From: Ascoidea asiatica JCM 7603
Taxonomy: Eukaryota; Fungi; Ascomycota
Reading direction: 5' to 3'
Assembly (NCBI GenBank): GCA_001600695.1
Contig: BCKQ01000015.1
Location: 112,028-176,027, forward strand
DNA: 64,000 bases
In this document: positions 35,186 to 46,411 of the stretch, piece after piece
How the letters are laid out: each line of letters begins with the position of its first letter
How positions within the stretch are numbered: position 1 is the first letter of the stretch
The notes under the pieces: model-generated
Databases searched by the model: none
What the model saw: only the letters and a program-made list of their open reading frames with translations
Told to the model about the DNA's origin: nothing
Position numbers and translations under genes: made by a program

Positions 35186-36598
35186 TTTGATTTACTTTAT
35201 ATTATATTGTATAGTAATATGAGGTATTATATTATTATAGTATTATATTATTAGTATTATATATATAATTTATGAATTATATGTAAAACACCATTATATT
35301 ATATTATTTATATTATTTATATTATATTTGATTAAGATATATTCAAAAGAATTATTCTTTTGAGATCTTTAAGTTAAATAAAAATTGAATATAATTGAAT
35401 ATAATTGAATATAATTGAATAAAATTGAATGAAGTTAAAAATCTGATTTCAAAAGGCTTTTCTCTTTATAATATTAATATTCTTGTTATTATTAATAATA
35501 TTATTCTAGTTATGATAATTATTATATATATATATTATATATGTTGATTGATATGATGATTGATTAATGATAGAATAAAAATTGTTGAGATTTTATTCAA
35601 TTCACTTGAGCTTATTTTAGTTTATTATTTATTATTTATTTACTTTTTCTCGAGCTGCTTCAGACAGGCAGATTACAGAACATTTAGCCGTTACCGAACA
35701 TGTTCGAGAGTGATTCAGAGTGATCGTTAGTGATCGTTAGTGACTCATGCCAACTCCGAGCTCGTTGTCGGGGCTGCTGGGCTGTTGCAATGGCAACCAC
35801 TGCACCGCGCGGCAAAGAACTGTGCTGGCAGCTGCCATTTGTGCGGTCTCCTGCCAAGCGGATCTTGAGCCCCAGTCTGGTTCTTTTCTCTTTCTTTTCA
35901 GTTTCCTTCCGGGGCTTTTGTGGGTGAGCAACAGAACAAGCAAAACAGCAAGCAAAACAGCAAACAAAACAGCAAACTTGAACGAATAGCGAAAAAGAGT
36001 CGTGTGTAGTGCTGTATGTTGGAGTGTGTGGAAGTGCAAAGGCCAATCGCAGCATGGAATAATTTGAGGTATTTGAGTGAATTTCAGTGTTTTGAGTGGG
36101 CAAATAGCACGGGGAGCAGTGTCGTGTGGTGACTTGGACTAAATGGCTCGCGGTCCGGGTTTATCAGAGAAATATACATTGAAAATCAGTTAAAATATCC
36201 ACGATTTAACATTATCAGAACTTGAGAAGATTTGTTGGAATAAATCTTAACGAACGAGGGATGAGATTGGAAATGGTCGTGGAAATGGTCGTTAAGGATC
36301 TTGCTCTGTTAAAGAATCAACCAGGAATTAATATGATAATAAGTAACAAGATATTAAGTAACAAGCTACCAAGTAGATACCAAGTAGATACCAAGTAGAT
36401 ACTAATATCAATAGTAGTAGTAACAGTAGTAGTAACAGTAATAACACAAACCACTCACAACACAATCACAACAATTTTGTGTCAAGCTCAAACTTTTCTG
36501 ACCGGTCACATGACCATTGTCCTGATCTGCTACATCACGTGTCAAAATATTACAAATAAAATTACAATAAAATTACAATAAAAAAGAATGCTTTTATC

Positions 36599-36670
36599 TT
36601 CCGATGCCGGGAATCGAACCCGGATTCAGTCGGTGAGAGCGACTAGTGATAACCATTACACTACATCGGA
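36599..36670 (-). tRNA. tRNA-Glu(CUC)
   Basis: TCCGATGTAGTGTAATGGTTATCACTAGTCG-CTCTCAC-CGACTGAATCCGGGTTCGATTCCCGGCATCGGAA. Confidence 0.95.
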
Positions 36671-37303
36671 TTTTCCTTAATTTTTTTCATTTTCCACAAC
36701 ACCCTCGGTTTTTTTCATCTTACTTCCCTTCACGTGACTTTGTGTACTTATCTAATTAAGCTTTTTGCTAACATTAAAATCTAATACTCATATTCATACT
36801 CATATTCATATTTATATTCATATTTATTATCTTTAATATCAAATTATTCATATTCATATACTGTATAAAAATTTATTATATTATATTATATATAATAAAT
36901 CAAATCATAATGATCATCATTTACTTCTAAAATTTATTTTAAATTATTTTAAAACAATTTAATCATAAATAATGTTTTAAACGCGAATTTTATATTGAAA
37001 TTTAATAAAATCTTAATAAAGTTATATTATTTGTATTAATAATATTACATTCAAGTAACTATTTAATGTTATTCAATATATTTTCAATATATTTTCAATA
37101 TATTTTCAATATATTTACAATCTATTTTCTTATAATATATTTATTATATAAATTCAATTTATATTCTTCTAAAATTATGTTTTTTATACATTTATCCTCA
37201 TAAATTTATCCTCATTAACATATTCTTAACAAATCTTTTTATTCTTAAAAAGATATTATCAAATACATTAATAATTAACTTATTTTAATATACTATATAT
37301 AAA

Positions 37304-39028
37304 ATGTCATTTACTTCAATTAAAACATCTTCAAATACAACTACAACTACAACTGCTTATTCAAATCCAAATGATAAATATGCTTATATTATTTTTACTT
37401 TATCAATTTTAGATCCAATTTTATTCTCATTTTTAAGATCTCAATATTTTAATAAATATTTTAAAAATACAAATTCAATTTCAAATAAATTTTTAAAAAT
37501 TATTTCAAATCCAAATTTTTTTATAAGATCTTTAATTTGGTTAATAATTATTTCAATTTTATCATTTTTTAATTATACAAATGATCTTTTTTTTTTAATT
37601 ATTAAAAGAACTGGAAAATTAGCTTTTGCTTTATTTCCTTTAAATATTTTCTTAGCTTTAAAACCAAATCCATTACCAAATATTTATTATTTAGAAATTT
37701 TATCTTTACATAAATATTTATCAAGAATTATATTTATATTTTCAATTATTCATTCTTTTGGTTTTTTAATTAAATGGATTGAATATGGTACTTTTATTGA
37801 AAAAATTTTATTAATTTCAAATTTATTTGGTTTAATTTTATTTATTATATTTTTTTTAATGTTATTTTTAACTTTAAAATTAATTAGAAAAAATATTTAT
37901 AATTTTTTTTTTTTTTTACATATTTTAACAATTTTTTTATCAATTTTTTTAATACCATATCATGCAACTGGTGGTAAAAATTTTTTTGATATTTATTCAA
38001 TAATTTCAATAATTTTAATTACTTTATCAATTTTTTATAAATATATTTCATCATTTGAAACAATTTTAAATATTAAAAAAAATAAATTTTCAAAATTAAT
38101 TATAATAAAATTTCCAAGATCTTGTATTGGTGGTTATATTATACCTGGATCACATTTAAGAATTTCAAAAAATTATAAAAAAAATTTATTTTATTTAATT
38201 TTTTGGCCTTCACATCCTTTTACAATTGCTCAAGTTAATGAAAATTTTATAACTTGTATAATTTCAAAACCAAATAAATTTTATTTAAATAATGAATTTA
38301 AATATTCAATTTTTGGTTCATTTCCTTCATTACCACAATCTTTTTTTAATAATATTAAAGATATTATTTGTATTTGTGGAGGTTCTGGAATTGCATATGG
38401 TTTATCAATTTATAAAGAATTATTAAAAAATATGTTAAAAAATAAATGTAATATGAGAATAATTTGGATTATTAAAAATAAAGAAGATATTTATATTTTA
38501 AAAGAACTTGGTTATAATGGATCAAATTTATTAAATTTTGAAATTTATGTAACTTCAAAAGGTTATAAATTACCAAATTCAGAAACTGAAGCAATATTAT
38601 TTGGACCAGGTGGTGCAATTGATACATTTGATGAAATTCATTTAAAAAATGAAGAATTATCTTATGATAATAATAATGAAAATAATGAAAATCCATTTTC
38701 AATACCAATTCAAGATAATGAAGATGAAAAAAATAATTATAATATTCAAGTTAATTCAAGAAGTAGAAGTAATACAACTAATACAAGTAATTCAAATGAA
38801 CAAAAACAAAATGGATTTAAAATTAGATGGGGTAGACCAAATTTAAATTTATGTTTTCAACCTTTATTATTTGAAAATAGAAGAATTTCTCTGTCTTATA
38901 ATGATGATGCAACTGCAAATGCTGGTAAATGGATTATTGCTTGTGGTCCAAAACCTTTAATAAATGAAAGTAAAAAATGGTGTAAAGAAAATTCTATTCA
39001 ATTTTTCTCAGAAAAATTTGATATGTAA
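37304..39028 (+). CDS. AIM14: Ferric reductase/NADPH oxidase family protein (Aim14/Yno1-like)
   Basis: KRTGKLAFALFPLNIFLALKPN, HKYLSR...H heme ligands, HPFT, GGSGI, GRP, CGP. Confidence 0.85.
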   Translation: MSFTSIKTSSNTTTTTTAYSNPNDKYAYIIFTLSILDPILFSFLRSQYFNKYFKNTNSISNKFLKIISNPNFFIRSLIWLIIISILSFFNYTNDLFFLIIKRTGKLAFALFPLNIFLALKPNPLPNIYYLEILSLHKYLSRIIFIFSIIHSFGFLIKWIEYGTFIEKILLISNLFGLILFIIFFLMLFLTLKLIRKNIYNFFFFLHILTIFLSIFLIPYHATGGKNFFDIYSIISIILITLSIFYKYISSFETILNIKKNKFSKLIIIKFPRSCIGGYIIPGSHLRISKNYKKNLFYLIFWPSHPFTIAQVNENFITCIISKPNKFYLNNEFKYSIFGSFPSLPQSFFNNIKDIICICGGSGIAYGLSIYKELLKNMLKNKCNMRIIWIIKNKEDIYILKELGYNGSNLLNFEIYVTSKGYKLPNSETEAILFGPGGAIDTFDEIHLKNEELSYDNNNENNENPFSIPIQDNEDEKNNYNIQVNSRSRSNTTNTSNSNEQKQNGFKIRWGRPNLNLCFQPLLFENRRISLSYNDDATANAGKWIIACGPKPLINESKKWCKENSIQFFSEKFDM

Positions 39029-39513
39029 ATTTAAATTTACTGATTTATTTATTTATTTATTTCATTTAATTATTTCATTTAATTGCTTATATTCATTTTC
39101 AATGTTATCTTCCAAAATCTTTTTGTTTTCAATCTTGATTTTTATCAATTACCAATTACCAATTTCAATTCATAGTTTTTTCATTTCCATATTTTCATAT
39201 TTTATTATTTATATACTTTTATACTTTTATAATTTTATAATTTTATAATTTTATATTTTTTTTTTTCTAAGATTTTAATTTGAAAACCTTAGATGAAATT
39301 AATCTATATAATTTCAAAAGTATACTTAGGAAACTACGAAATCTCACAAACTTTGTCTTGTAGTCATATTTGTAAACACCAATGTATCCCCATAAATATT
39401 TTGATTCTTATACAATTGATTATACAATTGATTTTTTATCTTCTTTAGTTATTAAGTCAAGAAGGTATTTCCGAGACCCTTGAAATATTAATCCGGAAAC
39501 ATCTTAACATTAA

Positions 39514-39585
39514 TCCGATATAGTGTAACGGTGATCATACCTCGCTTTCACCGAGGAGACCCGGGTTCGACTCCCGGTATCGGAA
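39514..39585 (+). tRNA. tRNA-Glu(UUC)
   Basis: Complete cloverleaf; anticodon arm CCTCG-CTTTCAC-CGAGG. Confidence 0.96.
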
Positions 39586-39705
39586 TAGAAGCATGTTAAT
39601 TAACATTTTTCTTTATATTTTTTTTCAAGTTCTTGTCCTACAATTATATATTTTTTGCCCTAAATAAAAATTAAAAAAAAATAAAAATAAAACTAAAAAA
39701 AAGGA

Positions 39706-39799
39706 CTCCTCATTAGGGGCTCGAACCCTAGACATTTCGGTTGCTCGAAATTAACAAATCCCTAAAAGCCGAACGCTCTACCAACTGAGCTAATGGGGA
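39706..39799 (-). tRNA. tRNA-Lys(UUU) with intron
   Basis: Identical to 10837-10930. Confidence 0.95.
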
Positions 39800-40245
39800 T
39801 GAGTCCTGTTTCTTGGGTTTCCTTCAAGTTTACCAGATTAAACAAAAAGGGTCTTCTTCTGTAAGGGTCCTTTCATAAACCCTTTTTAGACCCTTTTTAG
39901 ACCCTTTTTAATTTTTTTAATTTTTTTAAGTTTTTTTTATGTTTTTACAATCCCCATTATTTGCTTTATATCCATTGGATTATATCCAGTTTTTCAAATT
40001 TCTTTGATTCTACAACTTAACAATTTCAATAATGATAGTCATGATTTTTTAAATCTAACGAAAGCTTGTATGTAGTTGTCAGCTATTAGACTTTACTTTG
40101 ATCTAAAGTTATTGCAAACATACATACACTTTTCATAATATCTTTTTTATTTTACACTATTTAACAAAAATTATAAAAATTCTGATTTTACTTTCTACCT
40201 ATATTGAAATCTAGAAGAAAATGTACATTAATATTATAGACAACA

Positions 40246-42126
40246 TCATTTTTTTTTATTCTTTATTTTAATATTTCTCTTATTCAATACCTTATAAATA
40301 TCTTCAAAAGTAATAGTACAATTAAAATTTTTATTTTTTTCATAATTTTCTTGAATATATAATAAATTTTCAATAAAATTTATGTTTTTTAAATCCAATT
40401 CTAAATTTTTATTTTTTTTAAATAATTTTAATTCATTAATATCTTTATTAAATTTTCCAAATCTTGAAGTCCACCAATAAATATTTTCCTTAAATGGAAA
40501 ATTACATTTTAAATTAATTAAAATATTTGCTTTTTTAAATTTTTTTAATTCAAGATCTTCAAAAATTTCTATAGAATTATTTAAAATTTCTAAATTTTTT
40601 AAATTTTGTAAATTAAAAATATTTTCAATTTTTTTAATTTTATTTGAATTTAAATTTAAATATTTAAGTTTTTTTAATTTATTTATATTTTCTAAGATTT
40701 TAATTTGATTATTATTTAAATATAAAATTTTTAAATTTTTTAAATGATTTAAATTTTTAATTTTAATAATTTTATTATAACTTAAATCTAAAAAATTTAA
40801 AAATGATAAACCATGAATAAAATCAATTTTTTCAATTTGATTATTATTTAAATTTAAATAATTTAAATTATTAATTTTTGATAAAGATCTTATTGAAGAA
40901 ATTTTATTATTTGATAAATTTAAAAATTTTAAATTAATTAAATAATCAAAATTTGGAATTTTTTTAATATTATTATTATTAAAATCTAAAAAAATTAAAT
41001 TTTTTAAATTTTCAAAATTTTTAATTTTAGAAATATTATTATGTGATAAAATAAGAAATTTTAAATTATTTAAATTTAAAATACTTTGAAAAATTTCATT
41101 AATTGAATTAAATTTTAAATTTAAATAATTTAAATTTTTAAAATTTTTAAAATCATTATTTAAATCTATTAATCCATCAGAATATCTACGACTTAGTTCA
41201 AGTTTTTTTAAAGTTTTTAAATTACTCAAAATTTCTATAATTTCAGAAATATTTAAAAAATTAGATTTTGAAAAATCAATTGATTTAATTTTTTTTAAAT
41301 ATTTTAAAGGTTTTAATAAATCATTAGAAATAGAATTTTTAAAAGAAATTGATTTTAATTTAATTTCAAAAATATTTGGTATATTTTTTAAAAAATTTAA
41401 ATTATTTAAAATTGTATAATTTAAATTTAAAATTTTTAAATTTTTAAAAGATTTTAAAAAATTATCTGGAAATTTTTCAGAAAAATTATTAAAACTTAAA
41501 TTTAAATATTTTAAATTTTCTAAATTATTTAAATTTGTTAAATTATTTAAAATAGTTAATGGAAATTTTAAAAATTCATTTGAAATTCTAATATTTAAAT
41601 ATTTGAAATTTTTATTTGAAATATTTTCTAATATTGAAAATAAAGAAGAATTTATTGAACTTTCATTATTAATATTATTAATATTCTTATTAACACTTAT
41701 GAAATATAAAGAATTAAGATTTTTAAATAAATTAATTTCATTATTTATAATATTTTTAAATTTATTATTATTATAAGAATTATTAATAAATAAATCACCA
41801 ATAATAATATTTTTATAAGATTTTATCCAATTTATATTTGATTTAAAAGTAAAATTATTATTATCATTATTATCATTATTTTGTTTTAATCTTAAAATTG
41901 AATTTGGTTTAAATAATTTAAATTTATTATTTTGATAAAATTTATTAAAACCAGCATTATAAAATTGATTATCAACAAAAGAGAAAAAAAAAGTAAATGA
42001 ATTTAATCTTTCAGATGAAATTTTATAAATATTAATATTATTAGATAAAGTAAATAACCAACATTTATCTAAAGTTATATAATTAAATATTAATTTTAAA
42101 ATATGAATAGGAAGTTTATTAATCAT
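40246..42126 (-). CDS. F-box-like/LRR protein, paralog of 27307-29319
   Basis: LPIHILKLIFNYI F-box-like start, shared WLFTLSxNINIY motif, SDS22-type LRRs. Confidence 0.9.
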   Translation of the reverse strand: MINKLPIHILKLIFNYITLDKCWLFTLSNNINIYKISSERLNSFTFFFSFVDNQFYNAGFNKFYQNNKFKLFKPNSILRLKQNNDNNDNNNFTFKSNINWIKSYKNIIIGDLFINNSYNNNKFKNIINNEINLFKNLNSLYFISVNKNINNINNESSINSSLFSILENISNKNFKYLNIRISNEFLKFPLTILNNLTNLNNLENLKYLNLSFNNFSEKFPDNFLKSFKNLKILNLNYTILNNLNFLKNIPNIFEIKLKSISFKNSISNDLLKPLKYLKKIKSIDFSKSNFLNISEIIEILSNLKTLKKLELSRRYSDGLIDLNNDFKNFKNLNYLNLKFNSINEIFQSILNLNNLKFLILSHNNISKIKNFENLKNLIFLDFNNNNIKKIPNFDYLINLKFLNLSNNKISSIRSLSKINNLNYLNLNNNQIEKIDFIHGLSFLNFLDLSYNKIIKIKNLNHLKNLKILYLNNNQIKILENINKLKKLKYLNLNSNKIKKIENIFNLQNLKNLEILNNSIEIFEDLELKKFKKANILINLKCNFPFKENIYWWTSRFGKFNKDINELKLFKKNKNLELDLKNINFIENLLYIQENYEKNKNFNCTITFEDIYKVLNKRNIKIKNKKK

Positions 42127-42460
42127 TATTTATTCTGGATTTACATTAAGTGAGTTTACAACTCTTACAACTCTTTCTTTTTGAATTGAGAACATTTTTG
42201 AATCATATATATTGTTTTAGAAACTGCAATGAAGTTTGTCTGGTAAACATTATTGGAACAATAGATAATAACTGATTAGAAAGAAGATGAAGAAGAAAGA
42301 GGAAAGAAAGAATAAATAAATAAATAAAGAATAAATAAATAAAGGTTACTTCAGAATGGTAAATATGAAAAAGAGAGCAGAAATTGTAAAATAAACAAGC
42401 AGCACGTGAACAAGGCACGTGATCCGCAAAGGTCAGGTGAAACGGCGGAGCCAGGTTAGA

Positions 42461-42625
42461 GGTACTTCTTAAGAGACCATAAGTTTGGGTGCCCTTAATT
42501 GAGGCCGCATAATTGGTACTCCTTGTTTGAGTCCAGGTAAATGGTACTTCTTATTTGAAACCATTGTTCTGGTACTTTTTATTTAAGCAGTAAGACCAAC
42601 TAATTGGAACTCCTTATTTGAATCC
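42461..42625. repeat. Degenerate minisatellite of about 27-28 bp, 6 units, core GGTACTYCTTATTTGARNCC
   Basis: Units start at 42461, 42488, 42515, 42543, 42571 and 42606. Confidence 0.8.
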
Positions 42626-43136
42626 ACGTTTATGGGTCTGACTACTACAGATATACTACTTCTGCTGAATGTATTTCTGTGGTTGTTCAGATATATTTCC
42701 AAAATAGAATTTATACCTTCTTTTTATTGTGTTTTATTTTTTTACGCGTCGCAAGAGAACAATAGAAATGCACTTAGTACAACCTGCTGTTTTATAGTGT
42801 GTGTAAGCACTCTTTTGTAATTCTATTTATTTAGACTTGTATTGATGATGGAATATAAATCATTTACAATTACTAGTACAAAGTTCTATGGAATAATATT
42901 TCTTGATAAGAAACTTTCTGTAAACTACAAACAAAGTACAACTAATTTTTTTCAATTGAATAAAATGTTTATAAAAGATAAATATGGAAAAAAATAGTAA
43001 ATAAATATAAATATATATATAATACGTAATATTTGATTATTCACAATCTATCAAAGAAATTACTTATTAAAAATAATACCTTTTAAAAGATTAGAATATC
43101 AATATTTTTATTTATTTATTTCTTTAAAGAATAAAT

Positions 43137-44246
43137 TTAACAAGAAGCACCTGAACCAGATGGAATACCAGAACATGTTTTTTTAGTTTTACCACCAGTA
43201 ATTGAAACTCCAGACCATGTCCAATCAGATGCACCTTTAACTAAAATATAAACTGGTTGTGCACTGCTAGCAACAGATCCAGTAACTTTTTCAATGGTTA
43301 AATCTGTAATTGGAACACCAGATGTTGCTGTACCAGTTGGAGAACCATTTTCATAATCACCTTCTATTACAATACCATATTTAGCAATATTACTCAAAGT
43401 AATATCTTTATATGAAACTCCAGTTACACTACCAGTTGCACCATAAACAGTTTTAATTCTAACACCATTATCTGAATCTTTAACAGTACAATCTGAAACA
43501 TAAACATTTTTAACAACATTATTACTTCTACCACCAACTGATCCAATAGAAATACCATGACCACCAGAACATGTATTACCAGAGAAATAAATATTTGTAC
43601 CTGAATTAACTGCTAAACAATCATCTTGATTTTTAATAACTGAATTTGTAATATGAATATTAGATGATGATCCAACATCAAATGCATCAGTATTATGACC
43701 TTTTGAAGTACCAGCAGAATTATCAAGTGTAATACTATCAACTGTTAAATCTGATGATGAATTAATTGAAAAACATTGAACTGGTGCATTTTTTATATTT
43801 AATCCAGAAACTTTTGAATTACTTTTAAGAGAATGTAAATAAACAAATTTTGGTTTTTTAACACCACCATTTGAACCTTTACCATCCCAATATTTAGCAC
43901 CATTACCATCAATTGAATGTCCAGATGCACCAGTAATTGTAATTCCAGATCCTGAAAATGACATTAATGGTCCTTCCCATGCTTTATAAGCAAAAGATGT
44001 TGCACCTTCAAATGTAACAGTTGTACCAGTTTTAAGACCAGTTAAATCTAATGTTTTACCTGCTGGAACTGTAACTGCATCAATAATAATTGATGTACAT
44101 GAAGCTTTAATAGAAGATAATGATGAAAAATTAGATGTTGTAACTGTACATGATGAACGTTTTTCTAAATCAGATCCAACTGGTGTACCAATAACAGCTG
44201 ATAAAAGTGTTAATAAAGCAGTAATTGAAGTGAATTTAAATTGCAT
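43137..44246 (-). CDS. PGU1: Secreted endopolygalacturonase (GH28)
   Basis: Signal peptide plus KR propeptide; catalytic motifs NTD, QDD, GHG, RIK. Confidence 0.97.
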   Translation of the reverse strand: MQFKFTSITALLTLLSAVIGTPVGSDLEKRSSCTVTTSNFSSLSSIKASCTSIIIDAVTVPAGKTLDLTGLKTGTTVTFEGATSFAYKAWEGPLMSFSGSGITITGASGHSIDGNGAKYWDGKGSNGGVKKPKFVYLHSLKSNSKVSGLNIKNAPVQCFSINSSSDLTVDSITLDNSAGTSKGHNTDAFDVGSSSNIHITNSVIKNQDDCLAVNSGTNIYFSGNTCSGGHGISIGSVGGRSNNVVKNVYVSDCTVKDSDNGVRIKTVYGATGSVTGVSYKDITLSNIAKYGIVIEGDYENGSPTGTATSGVPITDLTIEKVTGSVASSAQPVYILVKGASDWTWSGVSITGGKTKKTCSGIPSGSGASC

Positions 44247-46411
44247 TTTGAATTGATTTTTTTATTTTTTGAATTTTTAGTTTAAAGGAATGACTGAAAA
44301 ATTAAATTAATTTGAATAAATAATTTAATTATGATATAATATTTAATATTAATAATTGAATTTATAATTTATAAATATATTTTTTATAATAATTATAATT
44401 ATGATAATAATAATAATAAAAAAAAAAGAAATTGGATCTAAAAAAAAATAGGAAAGATTTCCCTGAATTTATATGGAATATAAAAAATAAGTAAAAATAA
44501 GTCAATTCAGAAAAGACAACTTACCTATTCTGAATTGGATATAAAATTCTAAAACTTTCAGTCAATAATTTCATAATTTCTTCAATTTTAGTTGGTAGCT
44601 GAATTTGGTAATTAAAGAGTTAATGAATAAACAAATTTTTAATCTTAAAAGCTAGTATTTACTATGTATTCTTCATAAAAATTAAATTTATTCAGTTTCC
44701 CATTGTTTTATAATTTGTTTCAATCAAATATTGACATTGATATTCATAAACTCAATCATACAGTTTATTGCTGATCATTATCTTAGGATTGTATAAACAA
44801 AAATTATATTAGTATTATTAGTATAAATAATTATAGTTAGTTACAAATAAATAAAAATTTTATTAATAAACTTATTTTCAAAAAAAGCTTAATTTTGGTT
44901 GATGATCTTAAAATTTTTTAATATTAATCTCTTTTACTCCATCAATTGATTTTCATTATTACCTTTAGAGAATTTAAGAATCCAATAATTCAATAATTCA
45001 AGAATTCAAGAATTCAAGCTTTTAAAAGCTTTTTGAACATTTTTGTAACTTGATTAGAAATTGAATGTGTCTCAACCTAATAAATATATATATTAGAATT
45101 TCAAAACTAGTAGTAACCAATTATTGATTATAAAGTATTGTAATTTTTCTACCTTTAAGAAATTAAATGGGTGAAATAGCCAATAAAGAAAATTGTTGAA
45201 AATATTTCATAAATCTCTGAAAAATTGATATTGTTATTCAAATTATTAATATTATTTTCATTTTATTATGCAAGTATTGTAATAGCACTAGAAAAACATA
45301 AGCAATTTCGAAAATGTAAAACGAAGCCCTTTTTAAAAAAAGTCATTGTTTATTGTTAGATAAAACAAGAAATTTCATTTGACAATAGGCTTACTTAAAG
45401 TACAATTTAATAAAAACAAAGGCTCATAGGCGACTATTACGACAAATGATGCAGATTAATGAAACTCTCAGTCTAATAGATCGTCGGTAGTGTTTTCAAA
45501 AAGCTTTTCAGGTATTCAAACATCTCTTGTTTTTATTCTTGAATCTTGTAATCATTAACCCACATTGAGCTACAAGGCAAATAAACCATAGAACTTCACT
45601 TACAACCTCCTTCTGATCCCAATCAAAACAAAATACAAAAGAAGGTCAAACACGAACAAAAATAACAAAAATAAATATTCCAACTCAACTTTGATTCTCT
45701 TTGTGTATGCTTTTGGAGGTTCGATATCTTTCCTTTTTTTTTTTTTAAGTCCGCTTCTGACTTACGTAAGCGACACGCACAAAACACAAACAGCGGTTTT
45801 GACCCCGGATCCTGTTATGGAGTTAAACTATTCCTGATTACAAAGACTTCGGAGAAATCCAGTTACAATCGAAAGTTTACTTTTTAAGATTATCCGGGAA
45901 ATGGATTATCCGAAAATAAGAGATGGATCCGAAGGACTGGTTTCTTATGAGTATTTCCGTTATTCTGGTGTAAAAGTTGATAAGTTTTTTATTTTCATTT
46001 TGAGTAATCAAACAGTCTGGTTAATAAACTTATCTCATAAAATAGAATACAAACAATGAATTTGAACAAGTGAGGGTAGATTAAATATAATAAGATGGAT
46101 ATTTGTTTTCTTTGCTACTTGCTGAAATTATTTTAAATAATTTTGAGCAAGCTAGCAATCAAAATCAATATGTGTATGAGCAATAAGGTTTTCTTCACTT
46201 ATTGTTTTCAAAAATATAAGCAATCAAAGAATAATATATGATATTGTTCAACTTATAAAAGTTCAGTTTTTCCTTTTTAAAAGTAAAATATAAAAATTAT
46301 CAAAAGTATTATAAAACTAAAGTTCTTTCTTCTATTCTTTTAAGTATATTTTCTATGTTTTTTCTTTAATTTAATCTTTTCCAAAAATTATTTCTTCAAA
46401 AATTTAACAGA

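Noticed and set aside
35684-36103. Overlapping ORFs in a GC-rich island
   Set aside because: Non-ATG starts and no domains; better explained as promoter DNA of the kinase gene
42461-42625. CRISPR-like repeat-spacer appearance
   Set aside because: Eukaryotic context, degenerate repeats, linkers of only about 8 bp, and no cas genes
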